Source: Gammaproteobacteria bacterium (GTDB lineage: Bacteria; Pseudomonadota; Gammaproteobacteria; UBA1113). From it: a stretch of 64,000 nucleotides of DNA. The DNA is taken from NCBI GenBank assembly GCA_021773305.1, contig JAJFKH010000073.1:1120-65119 (forward strand). Direction: 5' to 3'. Positions within the stretch are counted from its first letter, which is position 1, and each line of letters opens with the position of its first letter. The notes under the pieces were generated by a model that saw nothing but the letters and a program-made list of their open reading frames with translations, had not been told where the DNA came from and ran no database searches. Both the position numbers and the translations under genes were made by a program. This document shows positions 8,490 to 17,000 of this stretch, one piece after another.

Positions 8490-9292
8490 AGTTCGCTTCT
8501 TTGACTCCGGATGTGTTGCAAATTGTCAAACACAAAGGTACGGAACCTCCATTTAGCAGTGCCAATACTGACGTGCTAAAAGAGGGAACCTATCTTTGCC
8601 GTGGTTGTGGATTAGGGTTGTTTCGCGCAGATAGCCAATTCATCTCCAGTTGTGGATGGCCAAGTTTTGACGATGAAATTCAGGGCAATATTAGACAACA
8701 ACTTGATGAGGACGGGCATCGGACGGAAATTCTGTGTGCGCGCTGCGATAGCCACTTAGGCCACATTTTTCACGGAGAATCTATCACAGAAAAAAATGTT
8801 CGCTATTGTGTCAATTCCCTTGCTGTTGATTTTGTTGAACAATGCGATGTCGTTGATAGTGAAGAAGCGATTTTAGCTGCGGGATGTTTTTGGGGTGTGC
8901 AGAGTCAATTTAAGCAATTGCCTGGCGTGTTGAAAACCCAAGTAGGTTATACCGGTGGCTCCGTCAGTTATCCCACGTACGAACAAGTCTGTTGTAAAAC
9001 CACGGGGCATGTGGAAGGGATCCGAGTCTTGTTTGATCCCACAAAAGTAGATTACAAAGCCGTGATTCGGTATTTTTTCCAGATCCATGATCCGGGACAG
9101 GCCGATGGCCAAGGGCTAGATAAAGGATCACAATATTTAAGCCGGATTTTCTATTACGATGATAAGCAGCGGACGATTGCAGAGCAGATGAAACAGCAGC
9201 TAATTGCAAAAGGCAAAAAAATTGTCACAACATTGATGCCTGTGGATATCTTTTGGCTGGCTGAAAACTACCACCAAAATTATCATGGCTAG
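8486..9292 (+). CDS. msrBA: bifunctional peptide methionine sulfoxide reductase MsrB-MsrA fusion
   Basis: N-terminal SelR/MsrB Zn and catalytic motifs (CRGCGLGLF, CGWPSF, CARCDSHLGHIF); C-terminal MsrA with AAGCFWGVQ catalytic motif. Confidence 0.9.
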   Translation: MKFASLTPDVLQIVKHKGTEPPFSSANTDVLKEGTYLCRGCGLGLFRADSQFISSCGWPSFDDEIQGNIRQQLDEDGHRTEILCARCDSHLGHIFHGESITEKNVRYCVNSLAVDFVEQCDVVDSEEAILAAGCFWGVQSQFKQLPGVLKTQVGYTGGSVSYPTYEQVCCKTTGHVEGIRVLFDPTKVDYKAVIRYFFQIHDPGQADGQGLDKGSQYLSRIFYYDDKQRTIAEQMKQQLIAKGKKIVTTLMPVDIFWLAENYHQNYHG

Positions 9293-9388
9293 GGAAAGAT
9301 TATTTTTGACACTAAATTTTTCTCGAAAATCGAGTCAATTGCGATTATACTATGATTCACTTGTGGCAAATTTTAATTTGGAGTGAAC

Positions 9389-10294
9389 ATGAGCAAGTTA
9401 TCTCGCATCTTGATGCTAGTTTTCCTTTCTATGTCGGTGCTGTTGCTGGCAGGTTGTCTTAATTCAACAGCCCAATACCAAACAGGCCGCGATAATTTTA
9501 TCGAGGGTGACTACCACCAGGCATTTCGTCGGCTAGAGCCAGCGGCTCAGCAAGGCAATGGAGAAGCCCAGTATGCCATCGGCTATATGTATTTTTACGG
9601 ACTGGGTACTGTGCAAGATCAGCAATTAGCCCTACAGTGGATCCGTGCTGCTGCGGATAAAGGCCAGCCCCAGGCGAAGCAAGCATTGTCAGATTTGCGC
9701 CATACTCCTCAGGGTAATATGAGAGCTTTTTCTATTCAGCGCCCTGGTGCGCTCAGTGGTCGTAGCCAACCACGGTCTATGCCGAGCCGCAGTTACCAAG
9801 GATCGGATAGCCACAGCAGTTCATATCAGGAACCTGCGAAAAAGCAGCCTTTGAATGCCGCTTGGCCAAAAGCTCGTCAAGAAACAGCACCTGCATTGGA
9901 TTTTACAGCGCCTCCTCCACCCACATCCCCTCCTGCAACCCCCCCTGTAGCACCTCAAGCAACAGGGATGGATTTGAGCCAAAAGCAAGCCACTAAACTG
10001 GCCAAACAAACCTCTTTAGCAAGCTCTCAGGATCGTTATACGGTGCAAATCGCAGGTTCCTATGATGTACATCGATTGGAACAGTATGTCTACAACAATC
10101 ACCTCCAAGGCAAAGTGCAGAAATACAAAACATCCCGTCGTGGTGAGGATTGGTATGTGTTAGGATATGGGCAATATGCATCCAAAAATGCCGCCCATGA
10201 TGCCATGGAGAAATTGCCTTCAAGTGTCATTCAAAGTAGTCCTTGGGTGAGACAGATGGCAAATTTGCAACAAGTACAAACAAAACTAGGTTAA
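9389..10294 (+). CDS. lipoprotein with Sel1 repeats and a C-terminal SPOR (peptidoglycan-binding) domain
   Basis: Lipobox LLAGC; Sel1-like repeats (GNGEAQYAIGYMYFYGLGTVQDQQLALQWIRAAADKGQPQA); Pro-rich linker; C-terminal RYTVQIAGSYDVHRLEQYV...WYVLGYGQYASKNAAHDA resembles SPOR. GGAG RBS before ATG at 9389 (ORF track starts at GTG 9383). Confidence 0.7.
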   Translation: MSKLSRILMLVFLSMSVLLLAGCLNSTAQYQTGRDNFIEGDYHQAFRRLEPAAQQGNGEAQYAIGYMYFYGLGTVQDQQLALQWIRAAADKGQPQAKQALSDLRHTPQGNMRAFSIQRPGALSGRSQPRSMPSRSYQGSDSHSSSYQEPAKKQPLNAAWPKARQETAPALDFTAPPPPTSPPATPPVAPQATGMDLSQKQATKLAKQTSLASSQDRYTVQIAGSYDVHRLEQYVYNNHLQGKVQKYKTSRRGEDWYVLGYGQYASKNAAHDAMEKLPSSVIQSSPWVRQMANLQQVQTKLG

Positions 10295-10323
10295 ATGAAC
10301 CCTTCTACGGAAAATAACAACAA

Positions 10324-11199
10324 ATGACAGAGACATCATCCATACAAACCCACCGAGTTGGCTCTGGGATTAAACCCTTGCCAAATATTAAAAATATTAT
10401 TGCCGTCGCATCGGGTAAAGGAGGAGTCGGTAAGTCTACGGTGGCGGTGAATTTAGCCCTAACTTTGGCAAACCAAGGTGCTCAGGTGGGTTTATTGGAT
10501 GCAGATATTTATGGGCCTAGTCAGCCGAATATGCTCGGTACTCAGGGGATGTCCGCGGACGTGTCCGATAGTGCTGAGGGGCCGAGAAAGCTATTACAGC
10601 CGGTGAGAGTCCATGGATTACAGACCATGTCTATTGGGTATTTGATTGATACCAGCCAAGCCGTGGTTTGGCGAGGCCCCATGGTGAGTAAAGCATTGCA
10701 ACAATTATTGTTTGATACTTGCTGGGAATCTTTGGATTATTTGATTATTGATTTGCCTCCTGGGACTGGGGATATCCAGCTGACCCTCGCACAAAAAATC
10801 CCAGTGACTGGAGCCGTCGTGGTGACAACGCCCCAGGAAGTGGCCTTGTTGGATGCCCGTAAGGCGATGGTTATGTTTGAGAAAGTTTCTATCCCAGTGC
10901 TGGGGATCATTGAAAATATGAGTTATTACAGCTGTTCTTCTTGTGACCAAAAAGACTTTATTTTTGGCCAAGGAGGAGGCGAAAAAATTGCCAAAGAATT
11001 TGCCACCGATTTGCTGGGTCAAATCCCCTTGACTACCCAGATCCAGCAAGAAAGCGATGCTGGAAAGCCTACAGTGATTGCCGATCCAGAAGGAAAGATT
11101 GCCACTTGTTTTTCCGACATAGCGTGTCATACTGCTGCCAAACTTTCCCAATTGGGGAAAGATTATTCTGGGAAGTTCCCAGATATTGTTATTGAGTGA
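10324..11199 (+). CDS. apbC: Mrp/ApbC family Fe-S cluster carrier ATPase
   Basis: [14 protein letters not shown] deviant Walker A, CxxC motif (CSSC), ParA/MinD-like fold; 291 aa. Confidence 0.9.
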   Translation: MTETSSIQTHRVGSGIKPLPNIKNIIAVASGKGGVGKSTVAVNLALTLANQGAQVGLLDADIYGPSQPNMLGTQGMSADVSDSAEGPRKLLQPVRVHGLQTMSIGYLIDTSQAVVWRGPMVSKALQQLLFDTCWESLDYLIIDLPPGTGDIQLTLAQKIPVTGAVVVTTPQEVALLDARKAMVMFEKVSIPVLGIIENMSYYSCSSCDQKDFIFGQGGGEKIAKEFATDLLGQIPLTTQIQQESDAGKPTVIADPEGKIATCFSDIACHTAAKLSQLGKDYSGKFPDIVIE

Positions 11200-11212
11200 T
11201 GGGGATAGCTGC

Positions 11213-11782
11213 GTGAGTATCAAGTCAGATAATTGGATCCGTCATATGGCGACCGATCAGAAAATGATAGAGCCGTTTGTGAGCGGTCAAGTTAAAATGT
11301 CTGAATCTGGGCAAAAATTGATTTCTTATGGGACGTCAAGCTATGGTTACGATGTTCGCTGTGCTAATGAATTTAAAGTGTTTACCAACATTAACTCTGC
11401 CATTGTAGATCCGAAGCACTTTGATGCTGATAGCTTTGTGGATGTTTGCTCTGATGTGTGTATTATTCCACCTAATTCATTTGCACTGGCTCGAACGGTG
11501 GAGTATTTTCGCATACCACGCAATGTATTGACCGTCTGCCTCGGTAAATCCACCTATGCCCGTTGTGGTATTATTGTGAATGTAACGCCCTTAGAGCCAG
11601 AATGGGAAGGCCATGTGACCTTGGAATTTTCCAATACAACGCCATTGCCTGCAAAAATTTATGCGAATGAAGGGGTTGCACAAATTATTTTCTTAGAAGC
11701 CAATGAGGTTTGTCAAACTTCTTACAAGGATAGGGCGGGTAAATACCAGGGGCAGACCGGAGTTACATTACCTGAAACATAA
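11213..11782 (+). CDS. dcd: dCTP deaminase
   Basis: [13 protein letters not shown]...[17 protein letters not shown]...[61 protein letters not shown] is near-identical to canonical gamma-proteobacterial Dcd; likely GTG start at 11213 in frame with the listed ORF. Confidence 0.9.
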   Translation: MSIKSDNWIRHMATDQKMIEPFVSGQVKMSESGQKLISYGTSSYGYDVRCANEFKVFTNINSAIVDPKHFDADSFVDVCSDVCIIPPNSFALARTVEYFRIPRNVLTVCLGKSTYARCGIIVNVTPLEPEWEGHVTLEFSNTTPLPAKIYANEGVAQIIFLEANEVCQTSYKDRAGKYQGQTGVTLPET

Positions 11783-11879
11783 AATTATTATAACTAAATA
11801 TTATTTTATGTAGAATATATTGTCCAATATTTAAACTAGATCTATAATGATGAGTATATGTTTTTTTGAGAAGATGTGA

Positions 11880-13394
11880 GTGAGTTTTTTACGGTTTGTT
11901 TTGTTTCTAGGCTGTTTGTTTCCACTTTTCTCGTTGGGCAGCCCTTCTCAAAGGGCTTCCAGTGGGGAAGTGGAAGCTGTCCCTTTCCTATTTTCCTCCA
12001 GTAATAATCAGGTAAGCCCCACGATCAATGTTCGTAAAGGAACAGGCTATGGATTGTACGTGGTGACTGCGAAGATTTCAAAAAATGGTGTGCTTTCGTT
12101 TTTCCCAGAGGTGTTTTCCTTGAGAAAGGGATTTTCAGCAGGCTTACATCAGGATTGGATAGCACTTGCCTTAAAAAACTTACCAGAAGACACCACATTT
12201 AATCCTTACACACAATATCATACCTATAGCCTTGAGTGGTTGCCTCATAAAGTTGCTTTGTATGTGGATGCAGCACAAGATGGAAGCGATGTGAAAAATG
12301 CGGTTCCAGCAATAGTCTTGGGACAAAATAATGAGACATTATTAAGTAGAGGAGCATGGAAACAAAAAAGAGGTCAGCAACTGTTAGATACGGAGCAAAT
12401 TTTTAAACCAGGCCAAGGGCAATTTAGCTTTACTCTACAAATGCACCAACGAGAAAATCTTAAAGATCCGGCTTATGGTTATATATCTAAAGTTGCTATT
12501 TACCCACCAGATGAGCAAGGTGGTTATGTAACTGAAATAAGTGATCCTCGGGTTTTTTCCGTGGATTTTACAACATGGAAAACGGGTAATTGGTGGCCTC
12601 TATTTCGAAAATATTTTATGGCAGAACATAAAACCGATCAAAATAGCTCGTTACATCATGTGGATTTTGGTAAATTTTTTGATGATTCAAATAAAGCCTT
12701 GCGGTTAGATACGATGAAAAAAAAATCGAAACAAGCCATTTATAAAATATCTCCCAAAGAGCATACCCGAGCCGTATTTTACTTGACTGAGAGTGAGAGC
12801 TTGATCGTGGGGCAAGCGACCAGTCCTTTGGTGGATTTTTTTCCTGTGACTCACGATATGGATATCACGGTAAGTAACACGAACATCGATGAATATACAC
12901 AAAAACGCTGCCAATTGCAATTAACAGCTGAGGGTAAAGTGATTGTTAAAAAAGGAGCGGAGCAGAAACGACATTGCGATTTTTTGAAAGTCATGCAAAC
13001 GCCTGAAAATTCAAAACAGGTGAATTTAGTGGTAGATAAAGTGTTACCTAAAAAAGTCGTGATTGAACAGCTTATCGTGGATGAAACACAAATAGATAAA
13101 GGAGCTATCGCTTATGCCATTGAAGCGATGCCAGGATTGCATGTGGATTTATTCGGCAATGTTTTAGTTACGGTAAGTTCAAATAGTTTACCTCATAAAT
13201 TTTTTGCAAAACCAGGGGAGACCATCATGCTTATGGTCACCGCAGAGGATACGGGCATTGTGAATGTTTGTCATATTACACTGATCCCTGGAGGTTATTT
13301 TTTAGCAGAAGAAGGGGGGGACTATTGTCAATTTCTTAAGCCAGCGCGAGACAGGAATATTGTGATCGGTCCTCGTTTAATTGTACCTCGTTAG
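11880..13394 (+). CDS. hypothetical secreted protein (signal peptide), no recognisable domain
   Basis: 504-aa ORF with GTG start; N-terminal hydrophobic signal-like segment FVLFLGCLFPLFSLG; no conserved motif recognised. Confidence 0.5.
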   Translation: MSFLRFVLFLGCLFPLFSLGSPSQRASSGEVEAVPFLFSSSNNQVSPTINVRKGTGYGLYVVTAKISKNGVLSFFPEVFSLRKGFSAGLHQDWIALALKNLPEDTTFNPYTQYHTYSLEWLPHKVALYVDAAQDGSDVKNAVPAIVLGQNNETLLSRGAWKQKRGQQLLDTEQIFKPGQGQFSFTLQMHQRENLKDPAYGYISKVAIYPPDEQGGYVTEISDPRVFSVDFTTWKTGNWWPLFRKYFMAEHKTDQNSSLHHVDFGKFFDDSNKALRLDTMKKKSKQAIYKISPKEHTRAVFYLTESESLIVGQATSPLVDFFPVTHDMDITVSNTNIDEYTQKRCQLQLTAEGKVIVKKGAEQKRHCDFLKVMQTPENSKQVNLVVDKVLPKKVVIEQLIVDETQIDKGAIAYAIEAMPGLHVDLFGNVLVTVSSNSLPHKFFAKPGETIMLMVTAEDTGIVNVCHITLIPGGYFLAEEGGDYCQFLKPARDRNIVIGPRLIVPR

Positions 13395-13405
13395 GAGAGA
13401 GGCTT

Positions 13406-13921
13406 GTGGAGATCCATCAAATACAAGTGCAATATTCAGCAGACGAAGATAGAATTATTTTGCGGTTGAGTACCCGTAAGGAGCAATTGTTTCAATTTTT
13501 GATAACGCGCCGTTTTATTAAATCATTTTGGCCAGCATTACTTAAGATGATGAGTACGAGTATTTCCATGACGCATTATGCAGCTGAAGCAAAACAGGCT
13601 GTTATAGATTTTGAGCAAGAAAAAGTGATGGCAACGGCCAAGACGGAACAGCCTTTTTCTACTCATATCAAAGAATACCCTTTGGGGAAAGAGCCTCTTT
13701 TATTATCCGCGGTGACTCATAAAAAAGCTAAAGATGGAACTCCTATTCTGGGGATCCATGATAGTCGGGGCGTTGGAATTGAACTCAATAGTGGCCATTC
13801 TCTGATACACTATCTTTACAATGCTCTCCAAACAATTAACAGTGAAACAGATTGGAATTTGAAGCTTCAGAGGATCAATCCGGGAAACGACGATCAGGCA
13901 ACCCTCAATAAATTTCACTAA
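13406..13921 (+). CDS. hypothetical protein
   Basis: 171-aa ORF 11 nt downstream of the previous gene, same strand; no motif recognised. Confidence 0.4.
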   Translation: MEIHQIQVQYSADEDRIILRLSTRKEQLFQFLITRRFIKSFWPALLKMMSTSISMTHYAAEAKQAVIDFEQEKVMATAKTEQPFSTHIKEYPLGKEPLLLSAVTHKKAKDGTPILGIHDSRGVGIELNSGHSLIHYLYNALQTINSETDWNLKLQRINPGNDDQATLNKFH

Positions 13922-14003
13922 CCTAGAGCCGCAGTGGTTTTTCACTGCGGAATGACGTTACAAATGACGGAGTTTGTGATGCTAAAAATCATAGTTTTAC
14001 CTT

Positions 14004-17000
14004 TTACCAAGCGGACACAGAGGGATCATTGCTGTGCTCATCAGTATCATGAGTAAGTTCAACAAACTTACGCATTTTGTTAAGCCTGTCTTTAAGACTA
14101 TCTTGCAATAATTCCTCTTGACTTTTAGGTGCTTGCCTTAATTTATATTCCGTTTTCATTCCATCAATCCAGCTGTGGCTGTAAGCATCAATCATATTTC
14201 CTTGGACGGAGTTAGATTGAAAACTTTCCACAGTGATAAGATCAATGTCGAGAGATTCCATGAATTTTTTGATGGTTTTCTCAAGAGCACCTTGTTCAGG
14301 TTTTGACTTGTTATACATTGCCTCAACTGCTTCATAAAAAGATTCAGCTTTATTTTGAGCAAAGGTGCTGTATTTCTCAGAAATAGCCGGATGATTTTTT
14401 TGCCAAAGTTGGAACAAATCTTTCATAAATTGGGCAAAGCTTTGAGATTTAATACCTTTGGGTGTTTTGATAAAAGGATCTCTTTGTTTACCATTGGAGC
14501 GAGAAATGAGTTCTGCAAAGAGAGATCCAGACGCTTTCTGTTCAACTCTATCTTTCTCTGTGATATTACGTTTAAATTGTGGCTTTTCCCCCCAGCTTTC
14601 AATGTCTGATAGTAAGCTATTTCGCGATAAACTATCTTTCCGAGAAACTTTGGCAGGTGATCCTGGTGCTCGTTTTTGCAATAAGACAGCAGGTAGTGCT
14701 GGAGGTGGTGGGGGTGGATTGTTTTCTAGAGGTGGAGAGGGTTGCTTGTCCTGTTGAGGCTGAATTTTTCTGTTAGGTTTAGATTTTTTCCTAATAAGGG
14801 ACTTGTTTTTCTTTTTATTTTCCAGCGGGATTTGCTTTAATTCTTTGAGAATACCAGAAGATTGAATGATTTTAGCTGCATGTTTATCCTGTTGGATATG
14901 TTGCAAATCGATAGGCTTTTTATTTTGATAGCGCAATTCTCTTTTTTGAAGTTTTTCCATAAACTCGCGGTCACCGGAGTGAAAATGGAGAATTTTTGCA
15001 ATATTTGCTTTGCTAAGGCTACCAACTGTTAAGGTAATTTGAGCTAACTCAGGGGATTGGTAAGCAAGTTTTAGTAAAAACCTTGCATCCTCAATAAGTT
15101 TGTCTTTGCTGGAAATAATTTGACTGATGTCTTTAGATGACAGTACCCAAGTGAATGCTGGATTATTTAATATTCGTTTGATATCACGAGCATGTTTCAT
15201 TTTTTGCTTTAGCGTATAAGCAAGATTTTCTTTAAGATGCTTAAATTTATTATTATCTTTATACTTGTCTTTTATAATGTGGAGCATCGTAATTTTGGCT
15301 TCTAGATCAGCTTCAGTGGCTTTGTACAATTGAGAATATTCTTGCCCAGACTTATAGTGAAACAGTGCAGCAGCTATATCTTTATTTTCAGCGGCAAGAG
15401 GAATAAACATTGTAAGCATTTCCTCTGAAGGTAGCGCCACATCTTCTAATTTTCTATTTTGATTAGCGTCTATTCTTGACCTTTGAGAGCGTCTACTACG
15501 ATAAAAATCGAATGGTTTTCTATTGCTTTTTTCCTCAGGCTGTTGATAGTCTGTAATTTTTTGTGTGAATATCCCCCCCCAATGCTCTTTAATTTTAGCC
15601 TGAATACTATCATATTGTGGGTTATTTACAATCTCTCTTTGTAATGCATAAAAGCAGGGCTGTTGGGATCCAATACCTAGTGCAAAACGTCTGTTATTTT
15701 CTGCGGTTTTCAATATAACGGATTTATGTTGTTCAATAAATTCTGTACGTTGTTTAGCAAGGTAAGTTGTGAGATCAGTGCCTAAGGCAATCCTTGCCAG
15801 CATGGCTCTATCATTATCCTCAAATAATGCATCGCGAAGGTTAGAGTACTGCCATTGAGTTTCATCTAGCAGCTTTTGACTGACCAGCGTATTTGTATTG
15901 CCATCACTTAAGATAGTTAATGCATGATCCAAACTAGTGCTCTGCTGACTGTTTGCGAGTAACAAAATATCTTGGTTGCGTAGGTGCTCAACTAAGCGTT
16001 CACCCCAACTAGCAAGGATTGGAAGCAGTTTTTCATCACAGTTAGGCGTTAGTAATAGCCGTTGAATATTGGCTAGTTTGTTATGTTGAATAGCGAGTGC
16101 TTTTGCTGTTTCTGGGTTATCTAGGGCAGCTTCCAAAACCAGCTTTTGGTGCTCATCAAACATATTACCTTCGCTTGATAAACCGTGACTAATGAGAGCT
16201 TTTCCCAGTGCTGCTCGTAATGCTCTAGCATTAGGGGCGTCTAGGTAAATCAATTTTTGGTATTGTTCATTTTTCAACATAATGATCCCAAGATCAATGT
16301 TGTTGATAGCTGCAGCAAGCAATAGTTTTTTATATTTTTTGGGACGTTTAATTAAAGGAAGTAACTCTGCACCAAATAATTCTAAAATAGTGCTGTTATT
16401 TTTTGTTTTGATAATTTGTTTTGCATGCTCTGATGATATTTTTCTGCCAATATTAATTTTTTTCCGAATGAGTTCTTCTCCGTTAGGAATTTTGATATGT
16501 GCTATGGCCGTGGATAAATTATTTAAAAATTCCCCGTTATTAGCGTTTGTTATCAATAGGTCGGATAACTTTTTGGAAGACATTTCATTTAATATTTCAT
16601 TGATGTTTTCAAGAAATTTTTGCTTTTCCATACCAGAAAAATTATGCATTGAAATATGCTTAATAAGGTTGATAAGATATTTGGCTATAAAATCTTTCCC
16701 CCAATGATTCGCTACATTAGCGAGATCTTCGGTGGAAAGTTCCGCAGGCTTGCCTATTTCCATTTGATTCATCATGGCTAGCAATTTTTCTTCATCAGAA
16801 ATGATAAGCGTTGCAACGGCTTGATTCTCGACAAGACGATCTTTAAAGTGACGCCCCTGTTCGACAACCTCTGTTTGTATTGGTAGCTCACTGTTTTGCT
16901 TTTTGTTTTTGTGAGTGAGAGATAGACGTCTTCGCTGAGGCTTTGATGAAGTATTTTCTGCGCTTTCTTTATTTTGCCCAAATAATTGAGAAGCAGAACG

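Noticed and set aside
10705-11223. 172-aa minus-strand ORF antisense to the mrp/apbC gene
   Set aside because: It overlaps a strongly conserved Mrp coding region. It has no motif and no RBS.
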